A DNA stretch of 63,939 nt, filler included, from Globobulimina sp. (taxonomy: Eukaryota): assembly GCA_003354225.1 (NCBI GenBank). It is 48 parts of 48 records of this genome, joined end to end, with 100 filler letters (N's around TTAATTAATTAA, not from the genome) between each part and the next. Parts side by side here need not be neighbours in the genome. Positions count along the whole stretch, not along the records: positions 37,369 to 38,602 come from PIVH01020435.1; positions 38,703 to 39,936 come from PIVH01020436.1; positions 40,037 to 41,270 come from PIVH01020437.1; positions 41,371 to 42,604 come from PIVH01020438.1; positions 42,705 to 43,938 come from PIVH01020439.1; positions 44,039 to 45,272 come from PIVH01020440.1; positions 45,373 to 46,606 come from PIVH01020441.1; positions 46,707 to 47,940 come from PIVH01020442.1; 40 more parts are not named here. The stretch is one strand, 5' to 3'. Of the stretch, positions 37,369 through 50,824 are shown one piece after another. The position numbers were made by a program, and so were the translations under genes. Under the pieces are notes generated by a model. That model made no database searches. It was not told the DNA's origin and was given only the letters and a program-made list of their open reading frames with translations. Numbering within the stretch: position 1 is the stretch's first letter; each line of letters begins with the position of its first letter.

Positions 37369-38075
37369 ATGGCCGTATCCTGAGGAATATTTACGAATCG
37401 TCATCGCTGTTCGTCGTCAATGGCTGCATTATATACAACAAGTTGTTGTATTTACGTTTTTGTTGTCTGTGTTAGGTGAGTTATTATACGTTTTTGTTTG
37501 TATGTATTTGTTAAATATATTGTATATTAATAGCATTTGTGCCATTTTTTTTCGATACTACGGATTTGGAATCACGGTTATCTCATTTAACAACGTTGAT
37601 ATTAGCACAGATTGCGAGTTTGTACATCGTCAGCGCTGAGTTACCGAAATTGCCATATTATACAGTTTTGGATTTGTATATTTTGATTGCATTTTTATTG
37701 AGCGTTTTTGTGACATTTGGCAGTTGTTTTGTGTTTTCGATCGAAGACGAAGAGAATGCTGCTTATTATGATAATGTTTGCGGAGTGGTTGCTATTGCTT
37801 TTATGTTGGGAAATAATTTATTTTTGGTTTTCCAATTTTTTAGAATCAGAGCAGCGCAAAACCAGCCACAGGATGAAGAACAACAGGAAGAAGAAATGAA
37901 TTATAAAAAGAAAGAGAAAAAAAAGAAAAGGAAAATGAATCATATGGTGTACGTTTCTGACGAAAATGTGTCGAAAGAAATTGTAGGATTTTATTCTAAT
38001 ATCAAACGTAAAGTTTCTTGGCTCAAATTAAATTATGACTGGATCGGAAAAGACTCGTCAACAATTACAAGTTGA
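37369..38075 (+). CDS. Pentameric ligand-gated ion channel TM domain (M1-M4), 5' truncated
   Basis: VRRQWLHYI pre-M1; intron 37476-37533; DLESRLSHLTTLILA M2; LPKLPYYTVLDLYI M2-M3 loop. Confidence 0.85.
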
Positions 38076-38702
38076 TGGTATATTGTCACTGTGTGTTTCA
38101 CTCAAATATATTGAATGGTGTGTTTGTGTTTGATTTTTAATGCATTTTTGATTGTGTTTCTGATGCTTATGTGCTTGGTATTGATGGTTGAATATTATCG
38201 CAACAGCACATCTGTACATCAACAAAGATAATAATCGTCAGCATTATCTGTACATAGTTTACACTGAGTTTAGGAGTTGATGCAATTATTCAAGACATTA
38301 TATTTTGCCAATTTCAACGACAAACACAAAAATTGTAATAATATCCAAAACATGTCAACACAAACACAAACAAACAAAAAACACAACAAAAAAACTCGAA
38401 AAAAACTATAAACCGAACACAAAAAGTTAAACAAACAAAAAATACTGAAACTAAATAAAGTTTAAAATTTAATTTTAATCAATTTGTGATTCTTTAAAAC
38501 TTTGCGAGTACTCATTATCGCGAAGAATCTTCGCTTCCCGAATTTTCTTTTCGTCCGCCTCCTCGCATAACTCCTTATATTTTTTGCCTTTTTGGAACCT
38601 ATNNNNNNNNNNNNNNNNNNNNNNNNNNNNNNNNNNNNNNNNNNNNTTAATTAATTAANNNNNNNNNNNNNNNNNNNNNNNNNNNNNNNNNNNNNNNNNN
38701 NN

Positions 38703-39936
38703 GCAGGAATTAAAGATTTGTTCATTAAACACAAAGCAACAAGACAGCAATCATTAAAACTTTCCTCACCACAATTTAAAAACTTAATGGTTGATCCCCA
38801 ATTATTTGCAAAAAGTCATATGATTCCTCGTATTTATGATGCGATGCAGAAAATCCATGCACAGCGGTAATTATATTATTGTCTCTATCCTTGCACATCT
38901 TATATATATATATATGTTATGTGTATATATTTGACAGCGTTGTCATCACCGAAGACGAAGAAATAGCAATGGAAGAAATGAAAGAAAATCTAAGAAACAC
39001 AAAAAATATTGAAAAAGAATTGGATGATTTAAAACAGAAATATCCCAAAAGTATAAAAAGAATCAAAAATGTAAAATTAAGACAAATTCAGCAAACAAAA
39101 AATAAGATAAATAAATCGTTTCAAGATATAAACAATGCGTTGAATGTTAAAAAGCAAAAATTACTCAAAACAGTGCAACAAATTCAGCAACAACAAGAAA
39201 ATGAAAGTTATGATGATAATAAAGAGAATGATTTATTGTCAAACTGTGCAAAAGATTTAAGGTCGGAAAGGCAATCAATATCAAAGGCATTAGAAATATG
39301 TGATAATATGATCGATTGTGGAATGAATAAAAATAGAAAAAAAAGAAAAGAAGACATTAAAAAAATTGCGAAAGACACAAATGATAAATTCAATCACACC
39401 AAAAATGAAATTACTAAAAATGTTGAAATTGTACAAAATGTGATTGATAAAAATGACAAAAAAATTGTTAAAATAAATTTTGAAATAAGCAATAAAAAAT
39501 ATGATAAAATATTGAATAAAATAAATACTTTTGGTATAATTATAAATAAAGAGTTTGATCCAGATATCCCACAAGAAAATAAATTAAATGATGAATGGAA
39601 AGAAGACGCAGATGAGTTAAAAATAAAAAAGTTAGAAAAACAGCTTGCAATCAAAAATGAAGAAATTGGATTGTTACAAAACGAGAAAGCATTAATTTTG
39701 CAGGAATTCAATTCATTGAAACGAATGGTAACAAATTCATTATCGTTTGAAGTGGATAGTAAATATCGATGGCATTTTGAGAATGACGAAAAAGAAAATA
39801 ATATAAATACGCGTACAATTGATGAGCAACAAAAAAGCATAAAATTGATTGACGGAAATATTAGAAATATTTTACAGAATTCAGTATCAACAAAACATGC
39901 CAACTATAACGAATGTGGTAAATGTATTAATATTGT
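38703..39936 (+). CDS. Coiled-coil hypothetical protein, partial
   Basis: Long K/E/N-rich heptad ORF; probable intron ~38867-38937. Confidence 0.65.
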
Positions 39937-40036
39937 NNNNNNNNNNNNNNNNNNNNNNNNNNNNNNNNNNNNNNNNNNNNTTAATTAATTAANNNNNNNN
40001 NNNNNNNNNNNNNNNNNNNNNNNNNNNNNNNNNNNN

Positions 40037-41270
40037 TGTTTATCATCCACAATGTTGACTTGTTCCAATGTTTTCTGTATATTGCAACGATAAGTTGTAG
40101 CATATAATATTTCCAAATACATTTCAGACATACCCAATCTTGCAACAATTTCATTTTGCAATAAAAATGTATATCATCCAATGTCGCAGCAACACCTGAT
40201 TGCCGTTTATATAATTTCTTTACATCTCGAACTCTCACAGTTTTGGCCACCATTCCATTCAATGTAATATCTTTACCTTGGCTGAAAATATTAATTTTAA
40301 ACTTATTATTCATCGGCTTTGAAGATGTACCATTTTGTTTTTTCAAGTTTTTAATTTTTCGGCATAATATATTACACAAACTTTGATTCTGTGCGATATC
40401 AAATGATTCACCAACTTCTTCCGCAGATTTTAAATATACGATATCCTTTCCAGTACATTCACAATTTTTGATTTCTTGAAACAACTTATTGTTCCATTTA
40501 TTTTCTAAATTCATACTATTTATCCAATGCAATATATCCCCATTGCTCCATTTATCAATTTTCTTTCTTTTCCATCCCGTTTTATCTCCCTTTTTATGGA
40601 TCTTTCTACTTTTTGCTGCTGACATTTCTTTCATTTTCTTTTGCAATCTATTTGTTTTCGTCTTTTCTTTTTGTAATAATAGTTTTGTTTCATTCAGCTC
40701 GTTCCGTAACCGCTGACAGTTTGATTTTTCAGATCTTAGAACATAAAACATATCAATTTAATGCTTCCTTTGTATGCACATAGCAACATACCTTAATTTA
40801 GCATTTGTATCATTCATTTTGCGTTCCATATCCATTTTGTTTGTGTGCGCTTGCTGCACCACTGCCTTTTCTGCAATTAACTGCTGTTTCAATTTATCAA
40901 TTTCCTCATGCAATGACCATAAATCATCAGTATTTCCAAGTGTAGCTCCACCAAAATTATTATGCCTGTTAACGTTGTCTTTAGTTTCTCCAAACGATTT
41001 CTCCCAACATTCGTGACAATAAAAGCCATTCTCTTCATTAATGCCACCAAACACTGTGACTTTGTTACATTGAACACATCTCGGCCGTTGCTTAAAATTC
41101 TTGACAGCTCCGTTATTATTTGAGATAAAGCCACGATCAGTGCTAATTCCTTCCTGTTGGCCCCACGCAGTATTCCTTGTAAATGCATTTGTATTTGTCA
41201 CTGTATTATTCATTGAAAAAGCACCAAACAAATTCGATTCAATTTGATTCTCCACACGTTGCGTATATGT
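40037..41270 (-). CDS. Single spliced gene: CxxC-CxxC finger, coiled coil, SAM-like domain, C-terminal ubiquitin-like domain
   Basis: Introns 40735-40791 and 40075-40133 join the two ORFs; KWSNGDILHWI (SAM-like); VRDVKKLY...LLQDW|KTLEQVNI (Ubl-like). Confidence 0.65.
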
Positions 41271-41499
41271 NNNNNNNNNNNNNNNNNNNNNNNNNNNNNN
41301 NNNNNNNNNNNNNNTTAATTAATTAANNNNNNNNNNNNNNNNNNNNNNNNNNNNNNNNNNNNNNNNNNNNTATATAATGCGGTAGGTATTAAAATTAGTT
41401 TGTGTTGTATTTAATAAATAAATTTCTTCCCAATAATGGATGTTTGTAAATATTCGAAAGATAAACAAAATTAAAATATTAGAAACTCGGTTATTGTTT

Positions 41500-42604
41500 C
41501 ACTTTTGTAACTTTTAATGCTGCAACAAAAAACATTTTGGTCCCTTAACTGACTGGGATTCGCCTCCGAAATTTGAAAATAAATATCATAAACAGCTCTA
41601 TCACCAAACATTAACAAAACACATAATCAGCAATTTAAATGAGCCAAATCACGTCAATACGACCTATTTCTCAGCTTTTAATCAAAAATTGTGCCAAACA
41701 GTAAATTGCAGCATCATATTAAACGAAAATGACCCCAATGATGTCTGTGCGAAATGTGTTAAACAACTCACATTTAACACCTTCTGCGAGCTCAATAATC
41801 CATCGATAGCGACAATGGCCGATATCAATATGGATGAAGATCAAAATGAAGAGAAAATGCAAATATGTGAGCAGAAAATGTCAAAGTTAGACGTTATTCC
41901 AACGTTTAACAATGTATGGTTCAGCAAATTAAAATGGATTGAAAACATTCCAATCCGTTACAGCAAATTAGTTATAAACACATTCACGACGTTAATATGG
42001 AATGTAATCAACAAAAACGACGTCGTATCATGGATCAAATTAGCCTTATTTGCCAGAGTCGGTTTAGCTAAATTTAAACGCGGCTGAAAACGTAATCTGA
42101 AGCGGAATTATAACACATTAAAAATGGGAATGACTCGGATCGCGAACGGTGAAATTATTACAATGTTCAATGAAATGCTCAGCGACTTACCTTTGGAGCA
42201 AAACACATTTAACGTCGCAGAGTCATCCAACGCGGCACCAAAACCACAGAACGGAGTCTTTTCGGAGAAGATGAAAAGGAAAATCATGAAATTGGTGGCC
42301 AAGGGACATACGCGAGACGCACTAAATTATATTGACAGCAATGGCATCGCTGACTTGCGAGACCCCGAAAAAATGAAACTATTAAAATCCAAATTCCCGT
42401 CAGGCCAAATTGTGGAAAAACGGCCATTAACAACGGAACACATTACGAAGAAGATTGAAATACAACAAATGGACAAATTTATTAACAAATTGAATGACTG
42501 TGCGGCGCCGGGAATTATTGGTTTATCCAACAACCATATTATTCAACTATGGAAGCAACGAAACGGCACAGAATTAGAAAATGCGTTTAAAGCTATCTTT
42601 AAAA
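41500..42604 (+). mobile_element. CRE/SLACS-like non-LTR retrotransposon ORF fragment with in-frame TGA at 42085-42087
   Basis: WIKLALFAR..L...KRG*KR, KIMKLVAKGH..DAL, LKSKFP, AAPGIIGLSNNHI (SAPG.SGL...HL-type pre-RT motif); both ORFs share one frame. Confidence 0.65.
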
Positions 42605-42704
42605 NNNNNNNNNNNNNNNNNNNNNNNNNNNNNNNNNNNNNNNNNNNNTTAATTAATTAANNNNNNNNNNNNNNNNNNNNNNNNNNNNNNNNNNNNNNNN
42701 NNNN

Positions 42705-43795
42705 CAATAATTGATCATCAACAAGATCAACAAAATGATAATATAAATACAAATAAAAATGACAATGAAAGTAAAAATGAAACCGAAACCGAAACAGAAA
42801 CAGAAACAGAAAATAAAAATGAAAATAAAGATAAAATAGAAAATAATGATAAAATAAACAATATTATATCTCCTGAATTGCAGACAAAGCAATATCTGAA
42901 GAGAGGGACACAACAAAATGAAACAAACAACATTGAGCTAAATCCGCATAAACAAAAGTATTTATTATCAAAAGCAAAACATTTCCGCAAGAATATTAAT
43001 GTTGGATTAATTAAGCGATACAAAAAAATACAAACTAATTTCGATAAAAAGCAGGAAAGTCTAAAAGATCAAATACAAAAACTTTACAAACAATTACAAG
43101 ATGAAAAAAATAAAAATATGAATAATGAAAATATGAATAATGAAAATATGAATAATAATAATAATATAACAGGCTTAGCAGCAGCGGATATTTTATGTAA
43201 TACAGATAATGAAGAATTAAACGACAATGTTGTTTTAAATACATTAGAGATACAAAATAAATTAAAAAAGAAAAGAGAATTAATATCCTATTTAAATGAA
43301 TTGCTGCAACAAACAAAATACTTATCGCAAATGTCAATGGTTAATAAGCTAAACGATGGAACATACCATCAGATTTATAATAAATCGTCAAATAATTTGA
43401 GTGCTAAATTGGACCGAATGGAATCTAAAACAAAATTTATGGCAAATAGTGAGAAATTAAAAGAAAACGTAGAGTTTACATATATGAAGGTAGAGAATGA
43501 GAGATTGTCGCATCAATTGAAAGAGTCGCAATCTACTATAGCATTATTAGAAAATGATAAAATAAATTTAAGCAATGCAATAAAATCAAAAATAGAAAAG
43601 ATGAGACACATTGAAGAAGAGAAAGGTATTATTATCAGTGAATTGCGAGTGTCATTGGAAGACATGGCAAATAAAGGCCTGCTTATGAGGAGACAATTGA
43701 ATGAGGAGAAAGCATTATTGACTGACAATTTAAAACAACTAATTGACAAATTAACTAAAGAAAATCACCATTTACGACAATCAATGCTCAAATAA
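42705..43795 (+). CDS. Coiled-coil hypothetical protein, C-terminal part
   Basis: Long E/K/N-rich open frame. Confidence 0.65.
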
Positions 43796-44038
43796 GTGTA
43801 TTTCACTATTTGTAGAAGTTACTATTGATTGTCATTCCCAATCATTTTATCTTCAATGACTTGATCAACATTTTCATTTGGGACCTTCGGTGCTTTCGCA
43901 GCCAATAAATCCATAACTAAATTAACAAAAATCTGCACNNNNNNNNNNNNNNNNNNNNNNNNNNNNNNNNNNNNNNNNNNNNTTAATTAATTAANNNNNN
44001 NNNNNNNNNNNNNNNNNNNNNNNNNNNNNNNNNNNNNN

Positions 44039-45199
44039 CCGTGCATCGTCGTTTTGCTGCTTTATATTTAATTTCCGTGACAATTCAAAATGTTTTGTAT
44101 AATATTTTATTGCTTGATCTTGTTGATTATTATTATTATTATTACAATACATATCGCCCAAAGCCAACGCAGCCTCAGATTCCGACTGTAACTCATTGTG
44201 CATTGACGAAACATTCATATATGATTCGAAATATTTCGTAGCCAATAGATTATCACCAATTTGTTGATACGATTTCCCTAAACTGAAATATCCATTTCCT
44301 TCACCTTTTGTATCATTGAGTTCTAAACATATTTTCAGATATTTTTTGAAATGAATAGTTGCTTTCGGATATTTTCCCATTGTATACAATATATTTCCCA
44401 ATGCTTTGTGTGCGATGGCTTCGCCGTTTAATTCATGCGAGGACTGTCCAGCAAATATACATTTTTCCAACACTGCCATGGCTTCTTCATATTTGCCAAA
44501 TGTCATTAATTCATCTGATTTTAGCTTGAATGTGCGGATAAGATTTCTATTTGCAAATTTTATCTCATTTTCCCGCGATAAAACAGTACAAATTTCCAAA
44601 TATTTCTCATGAAACTTTATTGCAGAATTGATTTCTTTCAATGACTCGTATGTTAATCCTAAATCTAAATATGTGGCAAGTCGCATTTCTTGCAATTGTT
44701 CTGTGGCTATGTTGTCATCGCAAAAAATATCATGACATTTATTGTAAAAATATATGGCGGTCTCATATTCTTTATTTTGTTTGAAAAAATCACCAATATT
44801 TTTATATGCTTTGTGTGTTTTTATGAAATCGGATTTGCGTTTTGATAGTTCAGCCATTACCAAATTTTCTTTCAAATAAATTAATTCATCCTGACACATA
44901 TTACATTTCTGCAATTCATTGTTTTCGTTATATCTATGAGATAAATAAAAAAATTCGGTGTAGGAATGGATAAAACCTTCACTTAATACATTAATGCATA
45001 ATGAACGTCTATCGGTGTCATCTTTCGGTGTTTGAGCATTTTTCTTCTTCTTCTTTTTATTTGCATTTTCCATTCTGTTTTCAGGCATTTTTTTTGCGAT
45101 TTGTACAATATTTTTATTGTCGAATTGACGTTGCAAATAAGCATTCATAATCAATATCGACCAGTAATCCACAAATATAAAAAATACATTTACTTTCAT
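44039..45199 (-). CDS. TTC29: Tetratricopeptide repeat protein 29-like (flagellar), 3' truncated
   Basis: LCINVLSEGFIHSYTEFFYL N-terminal motif followed by TPR repeats. Confidence 0.75.
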
Positions 45200-45372
45200 T
45201 GTGACGGCTATTTATCTTTGTTGCACTAAAAGTTTTTCGTTTAATTACAAATCAATCCAACACACATTCACANNNNNNNNNNNNNNNNNNNNNNNNNNNN
45301 NNNNNNNNNNNNNNNNTTAATTAATTAANNNNNNNNNNNNNNNNNNNNNNNNNNNNNNNNNNNNNNNNNNNN

Positions 45373-46606
45373 GTTTTATGAAACATACCGCAAATTGTGG
45401 TTTTAAGCCAGGCGCAGACATAGCCCGCAAAGTGTTTGATCACATCTCCTCCTTATCCGACTCCAAAATAATCAATAAAAAAGCCTGGATTCAAGGCATC
45501 AACATCGCGTACCAAAACCCCTACACCCAACAATTTTATCGCGCCATTATATCCGGCGGGCAATACGACGCTCAATCGGGCCGATCCGAGATCGATTTGG
45601 ATGACATTATAAAAACACTCAAAGACACAAAAGCCGATTGGCAGCATAGAATCGAATGCATGGAGTCGCTCTCCCGCCAAATCACCACAAACAAACTGTC
45701 CACGGATAAGTTCCATACTATCTTCCGGCAAACACACGTCGGCCTCACCAAGCAAGCACGCGACCGCAGGTCCAATGTGATGCGCGTTGCCTGCGAGACG
45801 GAGGCAAAAATTATCCGGAGATGGAAGAAGGAGTTCAGTAAATACGGCTGTACGCTCATTGAGTATATCTATGAATTGGTGAGAGTCAAAATCGATGTCG
45901 TGAATAAATGCGGAAGGGCTGTTCTTTTATGTCTCGTCAAACACTGTCCGGACAGATCTAAATTGCGCTTCTTAGACTTGTTAGGCAAAGAGGCCATGAG
46001 TTCCAAGTATCAAAATCTCAAAAAGGACTGTTTCGAGGTATTACTCGTGTATTTTCACCATCAGACCGCCTCATTGAAGGACGACGACGAGTTCTGGAAA
46101 TTGCTGATGAAGGCCACCAAAAAAGGAGTGGAAGATGTCGACCAAGTTTTGTACACTCATTTACTCGCAAATTCGCAGAAACGCAGTGCGGGGATAATAA
46201 TACATACATATTGACCTATAATCAGATAAGGAACGCCGCGCTCCACTTATTAGCAGCCATTCAAGTGGAACGGCATGATTTGGCCTTCCCAGTCATAAAG
46301 TCAATGAACGAACATTTGCGTAAGCGATTCGAGGCTGAATATCAAATCTCTCGCGGTTCTGGGCGCAGCGGCGGCAATTCTGGCCGCAGCGGTGGCGGTT
46401 TTGGTGGCGGAGGACTCAAAAAACCCAAAAAAAATGAATTTAAGTCGAATGGCGGCGGTTTTCTGTCTGTTGGTGGCCAGGACCACGTACGTAAACATAC
46501 GTGGAGTACCAACGACTTAGTGCGCGGATTCGCGGCCATGCAGTTAAAACAAGCAGAGTCTAAAAAGAAGAAAAAGCGCAAAGATAAGGATAAAAGTAAA
46601 GTGAAG
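45373..46606 (+). CDS. CLASP_N/TOG-domain protein, partial
   Basis: DWQHRIECM..L, QARDRRSNVMRVAC, KGVEDVDQ|IRNAA across intron 46146-46225. Confidence 0.75.
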
Positions 46607-46706
46607 NNNNNNNNNNNNNNNNNNNNNNNNNNNNNNNNNNNNNNNNNNNNTTAATTAATTAANNNNNNNNNNNNNNNNNNNNNNNNNNNNNNNNNNNNNN
46701 NNNNNN

Positions 46707-47741
46707 ATCACATATCGTACATTGCCATGTTAACTGATTTTTTATCCCTATTAAATAATGACACATTCAATGACACAAAAATCCCATATTCCACCATTGA
46801 ACAATGTATTAAACCAAATCTATCCTCATCCAAAATGGAACGAAAAATAAATAACTTAATTCCAACGCGTTGGGCACTTAAATTTGGTAAATTCTATGCC
46901 AATAATTATTATTTAAGCAAATATAATCCACTCAATTTACATCGTGATGATATCCTACGTTTTCAATATTATTTTGATCCAAAATTATTAGCATTTCCGT
47001 TAAAAACATTTGACAAAACAGATTATAGAGTTAATTACAAAACATTTATACTATCCAAAGCCGCAGGATTTGGACTTCGAAAACAATGTAAATTGAATAA
47101 AGTTCATATGTCCTCTTTATTGCAATATGTAGCGACCGCGGCGATGATCGAATGTCATGATAGTTTGCAGGGTAATTATTATAATTTAGCACAATTCCGA
47201 TGTGTTTAGCACAATTCCGATGTACAAAGATCCAAAGAAAACATATCTCGGCATTCACGCCTCAGCATATTGCACAGTCATTGAATATTATAAGAATGTT
47301 GGAATTGGATCAGACAGATTTTGGCAAATCATCCGCAAAATAGATGAACAAGTGTTGAATGAGAACATGCTTTCGAAAGTATATAAGAATAAATTCCCAT
47401 ATATGAACCTTAAAAAATTTATGCGATTTGTATTGAATGATAAAAGTGAATGAGGAGCACCGACCATTACAAATCCGGGATTGATAAGGATAAATAAAAA
47501 AGATTGGAAATATTGCATCTCGGAAACGTATGGCGGCGCCAATCCCGGAGTTGGAATGGGTGCAATGTATCTTTTGGGTGGAACTACGATTAAAGGAATT
47601 GATAAAATGAGAATGGGAATGATTTATGGCGTACAACATTTAACCCAACAAATGGCACAAGATTTTATGGATACATTACAGGCAAAACTACAACTCATTG
47701 GATCTCTACCTTCAAACACTAATTATTCATCAAAATTGTAA
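46707..47741 (+). pseudogene. CoA-dependent acyltransferase (condensation/alcohol acetyltransferase-like) with PTS1, disrupted
   Basis: LRKQCKLNKV.MSSLL, FWQIIRKI, TITNPG, C-terminal SKL; 20-bp duplication frameshift at 47185-47223 and TGA at 47451-47453. Confidence 0.6.
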
Positions 47742-48040
47742 GCTATTTTAGTTTCTAAATGATGATTTATCCTCCTGGGTAAAAAAGCAAACGAAGTGTA
47801 ACGCAGTTGCTTTACTAGGAGTTTACCTCTTCCAATTGTTTTAGTTTTTAAATATGTTATTGTTTTAAGTGTGTATATCATCTGTGTTGTTGTGAAAATA
47901 ATCATAATTGCTATTGTTGTTCTCCGCTAGAAGGTATTCGNNNNNNNNNNNNNNNNNNNNNNNNNNNNNNNNNNNNNNNNNNNNTTAATTAATTAANNNN
48001 NNNNNNNNNNNNNNNNNNNNNNNNNNNNNNNNNNNNNNNN

Positions 48041-49274
48041 AGATATATCCAGAAGATTCAGGTTCAAAGCCTGAGGCAGCCCCAACAAATTATTTGGTAT
48101 TTATTATGGTATTTATTGGGTTATTTATTATGGTATTATTATATGTATATTATGGTATTATTTATTGGGTTATTTATTGGGGATAATAATAATATTACAC
48201 AAAAAATGCAGTTTGACAATGCAGTGTCGAATAGGGACTCGATTGCAAAAGGAATCTACGAAAATATATTTTTGTGGCTTTGTAAGCAGATCAATGCGGA
48301 ATTGCTGACTGACAGTGACGACGTAAAAAGTGAGGAGGATACGTATTTTATTGGCATTTTGGATGTCTTTGGCTTTGAGAATTTTTATTTCAATTCGTTG
48401 GAACAATTTTGTATACATATTTTGTCAACATATTATGCGCTGAAACGCACTGTACTGCGCCTCTCAAATTATTTGGTATTTTGTCAACATTTTATGCGCT
48501 GAAACTGACTGTGTTGCGCCTCTCAAATTATTTGGTATATATCAATTATACCAATGAAAAGTTGCAGCAATATTTCAATTTTCATATTATTGCGTCGGAG
48601 CAGGAGGAGTATATTCGGGAAGGTGTATTTTGGAAACCTTTGACCATTCCGGATAACAAAGAGTATATTCAATTGGTCGAACAGCACAAATCTGGCTTTT
48701 TCTCGTTATTAGATTCCACGTTGCCGTCGGAACACGACACGGAGGCATTTATGCAGCAATTTTTTAGGGTAAGTCTAGAATTTATATAATATATTTTTGT
48801 ATTGCATCATATAAACCTATCCGTACTACAGAAACACGGCAAAAACAATGTATTGACTCGCAAATCCAAGCCAGGCAGCGGTAATTGGCGTGGTTTGCGA
48901 CCAAATCAACCCCGAATTAAAAGCACGCGGCAAAAAAAATTGTTTCATGATTAAGGTTTCATGATTAAGCACTTCGCGGACGACGTGACCTACGATGTGA
49001 GCAAATTTCTAGTGAAAAACACGGAATCTGTGCACTCCGACACCAATAAAATGATCAAAAAGTCAAAGCTGGCCCTTTTGAAAGAAATCAACGGCGGCGT
49101 CCAAAAGCAACGGCGCAAGAAAAAGAAATCAGTGACGAGCGTCTTCCACCGCGGCATTAATGAAGTCGCTCAACGAAACGGAGCCGTATTTCGTGCGTTG
49201 TATCAACCCAAACACTGAAAAGTCGTCGACTGTGTGGCGAGAAAGTATCGTCGAACACCAATTGCGTTGCGGCG
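48041..49274 (+). pseudogene. Myosin motor-domain fragment with several disruptions
   Basis: RDSIAKGIY, IGILDVFGFE, NSLEQFC/INYTNEKLQQYFN, IKHFADDVTY, TEPYFVRCINPN, QLRCG; intron 48769-48831; repeat insertion, 14-bp duplication and frameshift. Confidence 0.85.
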
Positions 49275-49374
49275 NNNNNNNNNNNNNNNNNNNNNNNNNN
49301 NNNNNNNNNNNNNNNNNNTTAATTAATTAANNNNNNNNNNNNNNNNNNNNNNNNNNNNNNNNNNNNNNNNNNNN

Positions 49375-49500
49375 TCATCACCAAAACAAACGGTTGTGTC
49401 AAAAGCTACCGGTTCTAATGGAATTGAATTAATAGTTAAGGTTGATGTTTCGCCTTCACTTTCACATCCATTAACTGTTTGTGTAACATAATAAATATAT
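49375..49500 (-). CDS. Bacteroidetes-type Ig-like repeat fragment (chimeric segment)
   Basis: YYVTQTVNGCES...TLTINSIP..P....TVC resembles Ig-like repeats of T9SS-secreted proteins. Confidence 0.6.
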
Positions 49501-49512
49501 ACGTATACTGTA

Positions 49513-49649
49513 CCATGGGTATGGCCCACTACATGAATAGTAATGGCATCTCCTGTAAGCGCAGATAATGAGACGTTGTGATCAATATAGCTTCCAATTT
49601 CAGCATTTGCAACCAACAATAGGAAAAGGAGAAACACGAACATGCTCAC
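49513..49649 (-). CDS. GH38 alpha-mannosidase first exon
   Basis: Signal peptide then ITIHVVGHTH (cf. VH.VPHTHDD), followed by a GT donor. Confidence 0.6.
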
Positions 49650-49917
49650 ACGTTTTCAAAATATTTACCCTGAAATTATTGAGTGTAAAATAAAACTTGG
49701 AACAAGGTAACTAAATTACTAATATACAAACGAGACTGTATACACAAATTCAGCCTTTAATTGTATACTGGAGATAGCGGACAGCTATACACCGTATTAA
49801 AACAACTCGCCATATGCCAAGGGGATAAAAATAATTATTATTAATAATAAGGTATAATACACAAAATTACATGCACAAAAAAAGAAATGTAGTATTTTAC
49901 ATAATGCTTAATTAAAA

Positions 49918-50608
49918 TCAAGTTTTTATTAATACTGTGCCATAATTGGATGTTTGTTGTTTCTCAGATGTAGATTTATTGACCGTTTCAAATGGTATGG
50001 TATCTTGCAATAATTCTATTTCCGCTGTTTTTAATTGTTCTCTTTGTTGATATAATTTTGTTGTATATTTCCTCCATATTTTTGTAATAAATACACTCAT
50101 CGGATTCTCAATAATCATCCACACCAAAAACGCAGCCAAAGTGGAAAATACACAAAATGCTACAACTAAAATAAAATAATTGGTCCAACTAAAATATGTG
50201 GGATACTCACGATTTAATTTCCAAATTCTTTCTATTCCGTCGTGCACCAAATATATACAATACGTTAATTTGGAAAGAATTTGACATATTTGTGATCCCA
50301 AAAATGCTGAAGCAATGGAATAATAATTATTCGGTTTGAACCTGAAACAAATTATCATCAAAATGAAACCCAACGTAAATATAACTCCGCCAAATGAATA
50401 ATAATAAATTGATGTTGTCTGCCAACTCCATTGTCTTTGTGGCCATTGATAATAATCAGAATAAGGACTTAATAAATAAATAGAGATTAATACGAATGAT
50501 ATTGCTTGAAACATGCAATAAAAATCTATTCTTAGCACAAAATCCTTCCATTTTGACATCGATATATATTCATCGTACAATAACATCATCAAAACAGCCA
50601 TATAATAA
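49918..50608 (-). CDS. Acyltransferase-3 (NRF-6/OafA-like) membrane protein C-terminus
   Basis: LSKLTYCIYLVH and LVWMIIENP motifs, multiple TM segments. Confidence 0.82.
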
Positions 50609-50824
50609 NNNNNNNNNNNNNNNNNNNNNNNNNNNNNNNNNNNNNNNNNNNNTTAATTAATTAANNNNNNNNNNNNNNNNNNNNNNNNNNNNNNNNNNNN
50701 NNNNNNNNTTCCATAAACATCTCATTCAACCAATCAATGCCAATAATATTATTAATAAATGCCATACTTTTATTTGATCTCCTCGCATTCATCAAAATTC
50801 TCTTTCTGATACTTGCTTTATTAA

